Of a stretch of DNA of 64,000 bases, positions 12,194 to 19,297 are shown piece by piece. The position numbers and the translations under genes were made by a program. The notes beneath the pieces are model-generated. The model did no database searches and was not told the DNA's origin. It saw only the letters and a program-made list of their open reading frames with translations. How positions within the stretch are numbered: the first letter of the stretch is position 1; the number at the start of each line of letters is the position of its first letter. Origin of the DNA: Spirochaetota bacterium (GTDB lineage: Bacteria > Spirochaetota > Spirochaetia > CADAEX01); assembly GCA_009786125.1 (NCBI GenBank), contig WQTU01000138.1, positions 12,721-76,720 of the forward strand. The letters run 5' to 3'.

Positions 12194-12967
12194 TTATTTT
12201 TTGTTATAAAACAGTGCAGTCAGGCGGTCTTCTTTTTTTAGACCCTTTAAACAGCGTAACTGGTTTAGAATTTCCGGCGATTCATCGACCTTGACCGATA
12301 CGAACCCGGATTTTGCAATGGAGTCATTTAATATTAGTTTGTTAATCCCAGCCAAAGTCTGTAACCTGCAGGCAAGATTAATGCCATAGCCAACATAATC
12401 GCGGTACTTAAGCTGCGATATCTCGGCAGATATTTCGTATTTGAATATCTCTTCATTAACAAGCGCTCCTGCCAATCCCAAACATGGAAATGGCTTAAAC
12501 AAATCTTCGCTTAAGAATTCGTTATAGTTGTTAAATATAGAAATTGCTTCATTTACTGAGTTTTTAGTGGTTTCCTCCCAAATTATTATGGCTCCGTCTC
12601 CCGTAAGTTTGTAATATGAGCAGCCGGATCCAAAGTGATTGATACAAGCAAGGAGGTTTGTCGTGAATTCCCTGATAAGCTTATAAACAACCTCTTCTGG
12701 GTTGGTAGATAAAAACTTGCTAAAATTACGAGTATCGATACATAAAATAAGCGCATTTTTGAAAGCTTTGCCTAAATATACACCATCGAAAATATCGACC
12801 GGCATTTTATCGAGCCCTGTAAGAGTAGCGGCGTTTATTACTATCTGATTTTTCTTATCTGAAGCCCCAATTCCAGCATGACCCGGGATATGACCGGATA
12901 GGTTTTTATTAACAGTAGAGAACTTAAGAATTTTGTTCTCCGGAGAATTCGCAAAGTTGTTAATCAT
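12194..12967 (-). CDS. minimal class III nucleotidyl cyclase-like protein, paralog 2 (about 40-aa N-terminal extension)
   Basis: Same motifs (LCIDTRNFSKF, YKLTGDGAIIIW, YRDYVGYGINLACRLQT); long stretches identical in DNA to paralog 1 (…atcgcggtacttXagctgcgatatctcggcagatatttcgta…); its stop lies 11 nt before the MalT-like start. Confidence 0.6.
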   Translation of the reverse strand: MINNFANSPENKILKFSTVNKNLSGHIPGHAGIGASDKKNQIVINAATLTGLDKMPVDIFDGVYLGKAFKNALILCIDTRNFSKFLSTNPEEVVYKLIREFTTNLLACINHFGSGCSYYKLTGDGAIIIWEETTKNSVNEAISIFNNYNEFLSEDLFKPFPCLGLAGALVNEEIFKYEISAEISQLKYRDYVGYGINLACRLQTLAGINKLILNDSIAKSGFVSVKVDESPEILNQLRCLKGLKKEDRLTALFYNKK

Positions 12968-13029
12968 ATTATAAGGCTATACAAATATAGTTTTTTTTGC
13001 AATACGAAATTAAATAACCATTGTTTAGG

Positions 13030-13060
13030 AAACCGCTGATTTATTCAATCGAGAATAAAT
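13030..13060. repeat. partial inverted copy of the dispersed GC-rich repeat family
   Basis: ggaaaccgctgatttattcaatcgagaat is the reverse complement of attctcgattggataaatcagcggttccc at about 18868-18896. Confidence 0.5.
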
Positions 13061-13274
13061 CAGCAATACATTATTATCCTTTTTTCGCAGTTTTCTGCAA
13101 GAAAACGAGAAAAAATATGGAAGCACTGATTAGAGTCAAATAAGAACCTACTATGAGCCTATCATATATTTTGTCATTTACACAAAATATATGATAGGCT
13201 CCTATTAATGCCAGATGGCTAAAATAACACCTTTTATTTTGAATCAAAATTCCAAATCCGCAGTTTAGATAAGC

Positions 13275-13934
13275 ATGAAAAAACAAACATCAAAGTATAA
13301 TCATATTTTTAATATATCGCGACTAGAAGAAAAGTCGCAGGCTGTTATCGACTGGAAAAAGCAAATCTCCGAATGGTTGGCGCCTAAAAACCTATTGCAG
13401 GCAAAAGGAAAAACGAGAAAAGAAATATTTGCCTTGTTTGGCAATGAATATGAACCCATTGCCGCAATTCCTCTCAAATATCTCAAATATTTAGGCGATG
13501 ATATTACTAATCAAACAGTCTATTCCGGCAAAGGATATTTTATAGACCATGCAGTCAACCATCATCCGGAAGTAGATGCCGTGGAGTATCAAAAAATTCC
13601 AGATATTTTATCTAATCCAGATGATGTAAAGTTAGATAATAGAAAACCTTCTAGAAATTCCCTTGTTTTCATAAAAAAGCATGAAAAATATGATACAGCA
13701 GTAGTAAGTGTTGATACCACAGACGAAGGCAAGATTGTTATCCACAAAACATACTTTGTAAATAAAAAAAGCCCATATACTCAATTACAAAGTATATGGG
13801 CTAAATCGTCGGACGACGCAAACACGTCCATCAGTCATGCGGGAAACCCCGCATCCGCCGGAAAGCGATTTTCCGCTCTTGACGATACATCTTCACTATC
13901 ATCTAAAAATGACCAAAAGTCAAGCAAAACTTGA
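13275..13934 (+). CDS. hypothetical protein (orphan; Ser/Asp-rich C-terminal tail)
   Basis: 219-aa ORF transcribed divergently from cyclase paralog 2. The central block YFIDHAVNHHPEV...IPDILSNPDDVKLDNRKPSRNSLVFIKK...TAVVSVDTTDEGKIVIHKTYF looks like a small toxin/nuclease-type fold, but this is unconfirmed. Confidence 0.4.
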   Translation: MKKQTSKYNHIFNISRLEEKSQAVIDWKKQISEWLAPKNLLQAKGKTRKEIFALFGNEYEPIAAIPLKYLKYLGDDITNQTVYSGKGYFIDHAVNHHPEVDAVEYQKIPDILSNPDDVKLDNRKPSRNSLVFIKKHEKYDTAVVSVDTTDEGKIVIHKTYFVNKKSPYTQLQSIWAKSSDDANTSISHAGNPASAGKRFSALDDTSSLSSKNDQKSSKT

Positions 13935-14009
13935 AAAGCAGCAAAACTTTGTGCCTATATGCACGACTCAATGGCGACTTCGTGCCTTCGTGCGAACCAA
14001 ATTGTGCCC

Positions 14010-14180
14010 TTAGTGCCTTGCGGCATGGACGCCGCATCCCTGCGCAGCGGCATGGACGCCGCGAAACTAGCGCAGGGTCATGCTAACCTAATTGTGCTAA
14101 AAAGCTTAATAAACAGCAAAACCTTGTGTCTTAGCGCCTTGCGGCATGGACGCCGCGAAACTAGCGCAGGGTCATGCGAA
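14010..14180. repeat. cluster of GC-rich REP-like palindromes (gcggcATGGACgccgc x3; 35-45-bp unit x2)
   Basis: The unit ggcatggacgccgcgaaactagcgcagggtcatgc occurs at about 14050 and 14143; the 16-nt palindrome occurs three times; GC-rich in an AT-rich background. Confidence 0.7.
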
Positions 14181-14255
14181 GCATTGGCGTACCCCAAACC
14201 TGTCTCGATGGTTCAAATTTGTTACAAAAATTCAAAGAATTTGCAAAATTTTTTC

Positions 14256-14284
14256 TTGACGTGCAAAAATAGTGTTGCTATAAT
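14256..14284 (+). promoter_or_regulatory. sigma70-like promoter (TTGACG-17-TATAAT) for the outer membrane protein gene
   Basis: Near-consensus -35/-10 with a 17-nt spacer, about 75 nt upstream of the ATG; RBS gaaaggag. Confidence 0.5.
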
Positions 14285-14360
14285 TAATTGAAATTATTTT
14301 TACTAGAAGGGAATATGAAAGTCATAGGCTTTTACCCTAAATTTTGAAAGGAGAATAATA

Positions 14361-15623
14361 ATGAAATTAAAATTTATTTTAGTAGTAGCTCTTGCAGTTT
14401 TTGTAATAGCTCCTGCTGTGGCAAGTCCTACAGTTACCGGCACCATGAGGATGGGCGTTTTTGGCGATGTAATTGATAACCACTATGTTGGAAGGCTGGA
14501 CAGAGCCAGGCTGATTTTTAGCTCTAATATCGATGAGTACAACACTCTTAGACTGGAACTAAGAGCAGATAGGAATAGAGAGGAACTTGGTACTAACAAT
14601 GTGTATGGTGGTGCTATTCCTATGCTTACTCCTGGGAGGACATTTGCTGACTCTGGTGCTCATGATATGAAGTATGCTATGGCTCTTCATGCTGCTACAG
14701 TAAGAACAAACTGGGCAAGGTTTTTTGGATTCGAAGACACTGTAGGTCTTGCAACTACTGTTGGGATGAATGCATTTACAACATTTAGTAGAGTCGGCGG
14801 TTACACAATTTGGGCTACAGGCAGCCAGGAGCTAGGTATTACCAGAAACCTTGGCGGAAGACTGGATTTAACTATTGCAGACGGTCTTGTAAGACCATAT
14901 ATCGCAGGCAGCGCTTATGCATTTAGAGACAATGATAGCCATGTGTTTGGTTTTCTTGGCGGAGTAGGCTTTGATTTTAACGCAATAGATGTACCTTTAT
15001 GGCTCGAAGCTTTCTTTATCCAGGATGGTGATGAAGACCACAGGGCTTTTGGTGTAGAAGCACAATTTGCAATGGAAGTTGCAGACGACATGAACCTTAG
15101 AATTGGCGGTGTTCTTGATATGCGAAATGCTGCTAACTGGGGTGGCAATCATTGGGGTAATGGAGTTTTTAACCCAGATAATGATTGGTTAGCTGCTTTT
15201 AAAGCATTGGCAGATTTCTCTGCTATGGGTGCAACTTTTGGCGTTGCTTTCTTGGGCATACCTAATGTAGGTCCGGACGACGACATGGGATTAGGAAAAC
15301 TTGCTGTATCTTTTGCTTATAATTTTACGAACTTCTTTACTCTACAGGCTGGGGCTAAGTTTGCTTTTGGCAACTATTCAGAATTTCTAGCTAATGACGA
15401 AGTATTTCTTGGAGCAGAATTTGGAGTTAGATTAAGACCAGGCAGAGTTACTTATGCTTTTGGTTATGTATTTCTTAACGAAGATGCTAACGGCGCTTAT
15501 GCATCCGATACTTGGGGACTTGGCGGTGTTGCAAGCAACGATCTTGGACAAATTATAGGTCGCAGTCGGGCAGCAGCTTTGAATACAGGCGCAATCTTCT
15601 TTGGAGTTAACGCTAGCTTCTAG
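14361..15623 (+). CDS. secreted outer-membrane (beta-barrel-like) protein with signal peptide
   Basis: N-terminus MKLKFILVVALAVFVIAPAVASP is a signal peptide; Gly/aromatic-rich alternating sequence; C-terminal ...GVNASF with terminal Phe; 420 aa. Membership of the treponemal major-sheath (MOSP/Tpr) family is possible but unverified. Confidence 0.5.
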   Translation: MKLKFILVVALAVFVIAPAVASPTVTGTMRMGVFGDVIDNHYVGRLDRARLIFSSNIDEYNTLRLELRADRNREELGTNNVYGGAIPMLTPGRTFADSGAHDMKYAMALHAATVRTNWARFFGFEDTVGLATTVGMNAFTTFSRVGGYTIWATGSQELGITRNLGGRLDLTIADGLVRPYIAGSAYAFRDNDSHVFGFLGGVGFDFNAIDVPLWLEAFFIQDGDEDHRAFGVEAQFAMEVADDMNLRIGGVLDMRNAANWGGNHWGNGVFNPDNDWLAAFKALADFSAMGATFGVAFLGIPNVGPDDDMGLGKLAVSFAYNFTNFFTLQAGAKFAFGNYSEFLANDEVFLGAEFGVRLRPGRVTYAFGYVFLNEDANGAYASDTWGLGGVASNDLGQIIGRSRAAALNTGAIFFGVNASF

Positions 15624-15637
15624 TGTTTAATATTTTA

Positions 15638-15684
15638 TGAGCTTCGGCTCACGTTTAAGAGGGGCTTGCGCCCCTCTTTTTTTA
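15638..15684 (+). terminator. rho-independent terminator
   Basis: Hairpins gagcttcggctc and agaggggcttgcgcccctct followed by T7. Confidence 0.75.
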
Positions 15685-15774
15685 GTTCTTTGTGTCGTGT
15701 ACTAAAAATGATAACTGATGCCTGCTTGTTTTATAATGCTGTTCGCAGTAAATCTTGCTTTTATTTGTTGACGT

Positions 15775-15850
15775 AACGAGGGTCGCGGGCAAACAAAGTT
15801 TGCACACAAAGTACCCCTTGCGGGTGTGACCGAGTGAGGAGACAAACAAA
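15775..15850. repeat. inverted copy of the dispersed GC-rich repeat family
   Basis: The reverse complement closely matches 53325-53390 (ggtcacacccacaaggggtactttgtgtgcaaact.cgtttgcccgcga). Confidence 0.7.
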
Positions 15851-15855
15851 ATGTT

Positions 15856-15999
15856 TTATACATTTATTTTAGTTGGTACTGGGAAAGAATGATTATTTAC
15901 AGGGCTATGCCATATATCATGGCTACCCTTGCCGTGACGTACAAAATAGCAGCCGTTTTCTTTAAGGATTTTACGCACCTTTTTTTCATATTCTGCCAT
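15856..15999 (-). CDS. hicA: HicA-family mRNA interferase toxin (47 aa; below the ORF-track size cutoff)
   Basis: Translation MAEYEKKVRKILKENGCYFVRHGKGSHDIWHSPVNNHSFPVPTKINV has the HicA signature (K..L...G......GSH..........VP); its ATG overlaps the upstream hicB stop by 1 nt (TAATG). Confidence 0.7.
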   Translation of the reverse strand: MAEYEKKVRKILKENGCYFVRHGKGSHDIWHSPVNNHSFPVPTKINV

Positions 16000-16241
16000 T
16001 AGGCTATAACCTTAGCACGTTTCTTAATAGAAAAATTAAGGTATACATTTTGATATTCTTTGTTGTTTAATTCCAGTATTTCTGGAGTAGCAAGTCTTAC
16101 TCGCTCAATAAGAAGATCAAGAGAACCGTTTTCAAGGGTGAGCGGTATATCATCGTTTATAGCTATCCATACCCGTGCTTCGTCGTCCCATATAAGCATA
16201 ATTTCATATTCGTTCATGGCTATATCTCCCCTTGTGTTCAT
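15999..16241 (-). CDS. hicB: HicB-like (DUF1902-type) antitoxin
   Basis: 80 aa; YEIMLIWDDEARVWIAINDDIPLTLENGSLDLLIERVRLATPEILELN fits the HicB/DUF1902 N-terminal fold pattern; translationally coupled to hicA. Confidence 0.55.
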   Translation of the reverse strand: MNTRGDIAMNEYEIMLIWDDEARVWIAINDDIPLTLENGSLDLLIERVRLATPEILELNNKEYQNVYLNFSIKKRAKVIA

Positions 16242-16287
16242 TATAACCTATATTATAAGAATATGGCAGTATATTTCTTCGTCTGTG

Positions 16288-16395
16288 TTATTTCCAAATT
16301 GGGCGCGCAAGCCTATCTTCCTTGCCAATTTCACGCGCAGACTCCAGGCGCAGCTCAATATATTCCTCTCTGGCTATTTTCAATAGACTTTTCAT
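16288..16395 (-). pseudogene. degenerate third copy of the rpn C-terminal unit (35 codons; MKSLLKIAREEYIELRLESAREIGKEDRLARPIWK)
   Basis: My own translation; its start overlaps the stop of the 67-aa ORF (ATGA). Confidence 0.5.
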
Positions 16396-16595
16396 AACTT
16401 CTCTACTTCTTCGATGGGAAGTCCAACTCCTTCAGCTATTTGTTCAAGCGAAAGTCCCATAGCTTTGAATTTTCGAGCTGTTTCGAGCAATTTTTCTCTG
16501 CCTTCGGCAAGCCCTTCTTCCTTGCCAATTTCACGCGCAGATTCCAGGCGCAGTTCGATATACTCTTCTCTGGTTATTTTCAATAGGCTTTTCAT
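16392..16595 (-). CDS. stand-alone RpnS-like small protein (duplicate of the Rpn C-terminal domain)
   Basis: The 67-aa MKSLLKITREEYIELRLESAREIGKEEGLAEGREKLLETARKFKAMGLSLEQIAEGVGLPIEEVEKL is 64/67 aligned to the last 64 aa of Rpn; its ATG overlaps the rpn stop (ATGA). Confidence 0.6.
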   Translation of the reverse strand: MKSLLKITREEYIELRLESAREIGKEEGLAEGREKLLETARKFKAMGLSLEQIAEGVGLPIEEVEKL

Positions 16596-17548
16596 AACTT
16601 CTCTACTTCTTCGATGGGAAGTCCCGTTGCCTCTGCAATTTGCGATAAAGAAAGTCTCATAGTCTTGAGTTTTCGCGCTGTTTCGAGTTTTGCCTTGGCA
16701 AGCCCTTCTTCCTTGCCAATTTCACGCGCAGACTCCAGGCGCAGCTCAATATATTCCTCTCTGGTTATTTTCAATAGGCTTTTCATAACTTCCTCCCCGT
16801 GGGTTTCAAGAAACTTTCTTAATATATTATGTTCTATGCATTCCTTAATGGCAAGCCGAAAAGCTTCCTCAAGCTCTTCTTTTTTGGTTAAGCCTGCCTG
16901 CTTCTCCCTTACAATTTCAACGAATTTTGCAAACTCTCCCAAATCGCGATTTTTTGCCATGAGCCTCTTGTTATGTCCAAGGTTAATATTATACACTTTA
17001 ACCTCAAGTTCGAGATTATACTGGAGATTTGTACAAAAATTTATATTTGTTTCGACAACATCCGGTATACCTTCTTCTATCCCAGCTCTTTTTTTAAATG
17101 CTTGAGAAAGACGCAATGTTGTTTCTTCCGGATATGGCGCTTTGCCATTGTAAAACAAATAAAACTCGGGATTTGGGAGCTCAAGTCCCCGCTCTGCATA
17201 GAGTTCTTTGCGGAGAATCATTTTCTCATACAGAGCTGCTACGTATAACAAAAATCTAATAGGCATATTGGGATTAATAGTTGACTGATGCTCTATCAGG
17301 ACAATGGTTTTGTCGCCAATGGTAAAGGATATATCATTCTTTAAGCCTATGCCTAAGGTTTCCTGTAATGTGTTAATGGTCATTGGGGTTTCTTTGCTGT
17401 AAGAAGAGCCAGTAATGGTATTATAAAGCTCCCTTAGTTTGTTTTGGTCAGAAAACAGCATACAGAACACGCTGTCTTTGTATTTCTTATACTTTGATGT
17501 TTGTCTTTTCATATTACTAGTAACTGCGGATTTGGAAATTTGATTCAA
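16592..17548 (-). CDS. Rpn-family recombination-promoting nuclease / putative transposase (YhgA-like, PD-(D/E)XK)
   Basis: 318 aa with an N-terminal nuclease-like region and the characteristic C-terminal ...LSLSQIAEATGLPIEEVEKL tail. An internal GGAGG(N5)ATG sits at 16784-16798, at the start of the C-terminal 64 codons. Confidence 0.75.
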   Translation of the reverse strand: MNQISKSAVTSNMKRQTSKYKKYKDSVFCMLFSDQNKLRELYNTITGSSYSKETPMTINTLQETLGIGLKNDISFTIGDKTIVLIEHQSTINPNMPIRFLLYVAALYEKMILRKELYAERGLELPNPEFYLFYNGKAPYPEETTLRLSQAFKKRAGIEEGIPDVVETNINFCTNLQYNLELEVKVYNINLGHNKRLMAKNRDLGEFAKFVEIVREKQAGLTKKEELEEAFRLAIKECIEHNILRKFLETHGEEVMKSLLKITREEYIELRLESAREIGKEEGLAKAKLETARKLKTMRLSLSQIAEATGLPIEEVEKL

Positions 17549-17570
17549 AATTCTTTGAAAAAAGACTCTG

Positions 17571-17605
17571 TGTTGGAGTTAACGCTAGCTTCTAGTGTTT
17601 AATAT
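17571..17605 (+). pseudogene. remnant 3' end of an outer-membrane-protein paralog (ttggagttaacgctagcttctagtgtttaatattt = ...VGVNASF*)
   Basis: A 35-nt exact match to 15601-15635 (the end of the 14361-15623 gene plus its stop), followed by its own terminator. Confidence 0.6.
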
Positions 17606-17630
17606 TTGGCGGGGTTAACCTCGTGTTTTA

Positions 17631-17660
17631 AGAGCCGGCTTTTTGCCGGCTCTTTTTTTT
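17631..17660 (+). terminator. rho-independent terminator after the gene remnant
   Basis: agagccggc-ttttt-gccggctct followed by T8. Confidence 0.7.
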
Positions 17661-17797
17661 CTTGATAAAAAAATGGATATAAGTTATACTTCTATTAGAG
17701 GTGTATCCATGTGGATGCATGGGTTACCGAAGAGTCGTAAGACACACCCGGGACCAAGTCCTACACCTTTTTTAGGGGGAATCAGAAGGGGTTCCCC

Positions 17798-18058
17798 CTA
17801 TTTTTTAGTTTTTTTCTGGTTTATTGATTCAGCTTTTATGGCTGCCCATGAAGTAAAGTTTTCCGGATGTTCTTTGCGCTCTTTACGCCCTGCCTTAATA
17901 ACTGCTTTTTCGCTTGCAGTTAAATTTGTCTCAATAACAAGCCTATCGTCTTGCTTCATGGCAAGAAAAGAAAGCATTGGGCGTACTATTTCAAGGTTGC
18001 TTTCCGGTATTTTGTCAATATATTGTTTTAACTCTCGTCTTATTGTGATAGCGTCCAT
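17798..18058 (-). CDS. hypothetical 86-aa protein, possible partner (antitoxin?) of the upstream relE-like gene
   Basis: Starts 3 nt after the relE-like stop on the same strand; no recognisable HTH; basic C-terminus. Confidence 0.3.
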   Translation of the reverse strand: MDAITIRRELKQYIDKIPESNLEIVRPMLSFLAMKQDDRLVIETNLTASEKAVIKAGRKERKEHPENFTSWAAIKAESINQKKTKK

Positions 18059-18061
18059 TTT

Positions 18062-18311
18062 TTACTTCTCCCTGTATACTTGCCCTCTATGAGCTATTTT
18101 GAAAACGTCAATTCTATTTTTTTCTATGTCAAAAAGTATTCGATAGTCTCCAACAACAACACGGTATCCGTCCCGGCCTTGCAGTTTTTTAATGTCTCCT
18201 TCCAAGCGGCTCTCTTTCCAGTTTATCAAGGGCGGCAGTTATGCGGCTTAGATATGGCTCATTCAATCGGTGAAACTGTTTTCTTGCCGTGCTGTTTAGC
18301 TCTACCTTCAT
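18062..18311 (-). pseudogene. relE: RelE/ParE-family toxin gene disrupted by a +1 frameshift
   Basis: Translation gives MKVELNSTARKQFHRLNEPYLSRITAALDKLEREPLG(RRH*); in the +1 frame it continues GDIKKLQGRDGYRVVVGDYRILFDIEKNRIDVFKIAHRGQVYREK, the classic RelE/ParE C-terminus. The extra base is in ccgcttGgaagga. Confidence 0.65.
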
Positions 18312-18689
18312 AATTATATATTTTTCTCTTATATTCATTATACCTATATTATAAAAATATGGTATATCTCTTTTTTTAATTGCCCGCTATATGAAAAGGC
18401 ACCCATAAATGTTTAAAACACTACAAGATAAAAACTTTTTCAAAATGGTTAAAATATCATTTGATACTATAGGCTGGCCAAATGGAATTGATTTAGACCC
18501 AGAAATCCTTTATGAAAAATCGAACTTTGTCTAAAAGATAAATTACTCATTTTGACCTATCACTTTAAAGGTTTTGCAGTGGATTGGGGAAAGCCTGTCT
18601 GTTTTATTAACCTATGGAATCGCTGATTAGATTTGACTCTATCCATATTTTTCTTGTTTTCTTGCAGAAAACTGCGGCACTGCAAAGCA

Positions 18690-18950
18690 GACTGCGCTCG
18701 GTCGAAAAAAACATCGGCTGCGAAAAAAGGATACCGCAGCAAAGCTGCGTTTCCTTATTCGCTCGGTAATGTGCGTGCAAGCCCGCCCGCTACACTCGCT
18801 TCATTCGGAAATAAGGTAAAGCAAGCCCCGTTCGGGATGCTTTGCAATTCTCGATTGGATAAATCAGCGGTTCCCTGCCTTAGGAGCCGAGTGCCGCGGG
18901 CAAGCTGCCTGGTGGTCGCGAAGCGTACCCTTTATTGCGAAAGGATTATA
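18690..18950. repeat. composite copy of the dispersed GC-rich repeat family
   Basis: The first half resembles 53395-53460 (gtgcgtgcaagcccgcccgctacactcgcttcattcggaaataa); the second half resembles 8360-8425 (gcgggcaagctgcctggtggtcgcgaagcgtaccctttatt). Confidence 0.7.
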
Positions 18951-19184
18951 AAAAGCTCTTGAAATATGAAGCTATGTATTATACAGTTAAATATCAGGCC
19001 TTAAGATAGAAATGGAACAAGAGGATAGAGAAGTATTAACACGCCAAACGCATGAAATTTTGTAATTCATTACAGGATAAAGACTTAGCTGACATTGCAT
19101 TAAACCTATGTATTTTGTAATTCTTTGCCTTGTAAGAAGATAGCACAATTCATGCGTTTGACGTGCAAAAACTATCAAAAACAA

Positions 19185-19213
19185 TTGACATAAAATCAGG
19201 TTTTTTATATATT
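19185..19213 (+). promoter_or_regulatory. candidate sigma70 promoter (TTGACA-17-TATATA) for the riboflavin operon leader
   Basis: -35/-10 with a 17-nt spacer about 85 nt upstream of the FMN riboswitch. The motif ttgacgtgcaaaaa at 19157-19170 is also shared with the promoter at 14256. Confidence 0.4.
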
Positions 19214-19297
19214 AAACGCAGATAAATAATACTGTTTATCCACATTTTTTGTGGATGGATAACATTTTTTCGCTTTGAAAGCAGCAAAAATGTGGCT

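Larger units (their letters stand above)
16288..16795. repeat. tandem repeat (about 2.4 copies of a 195-204-bp unit) of the 3' end of the rpn gene
   Basis: Units at 16592-16795 (inside rpn), 16388-16591 and a degenerate copy at 16288-16391. Each unit begins with ATG AAA AG(C/T) CTA TTG AAA ATA and overlaps the preceding stop as ATGA. Confidence 0.85.

Noticed and set aside
12968-13274. 70-aa minus-strand ORF 13074-13286
   Set aside because: Sits in the divergent promoter region between cyclase paralog 2 and the orphan gene, has no RBS, and overlaps the orphan gene start.
13959-14291. 110-aa ORF (MHDSMATSCLRANQ...)
   Set aside because: It is read entirely across the GC-rich palindromic repeat cluster, with Ala/Arg/Leu-rich composition typical of translated repeats and no RBS.
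16288-16800. Possible CRISPR array suggested by regularly spaced repeats
   Set aside because: The units are about 200 bp, contiguous with no spacers, and protein-coding (the Rpn C-terminus). The 58-bp tandem at 60113-60228 has only two copies and no spacers. No cas genes are present.
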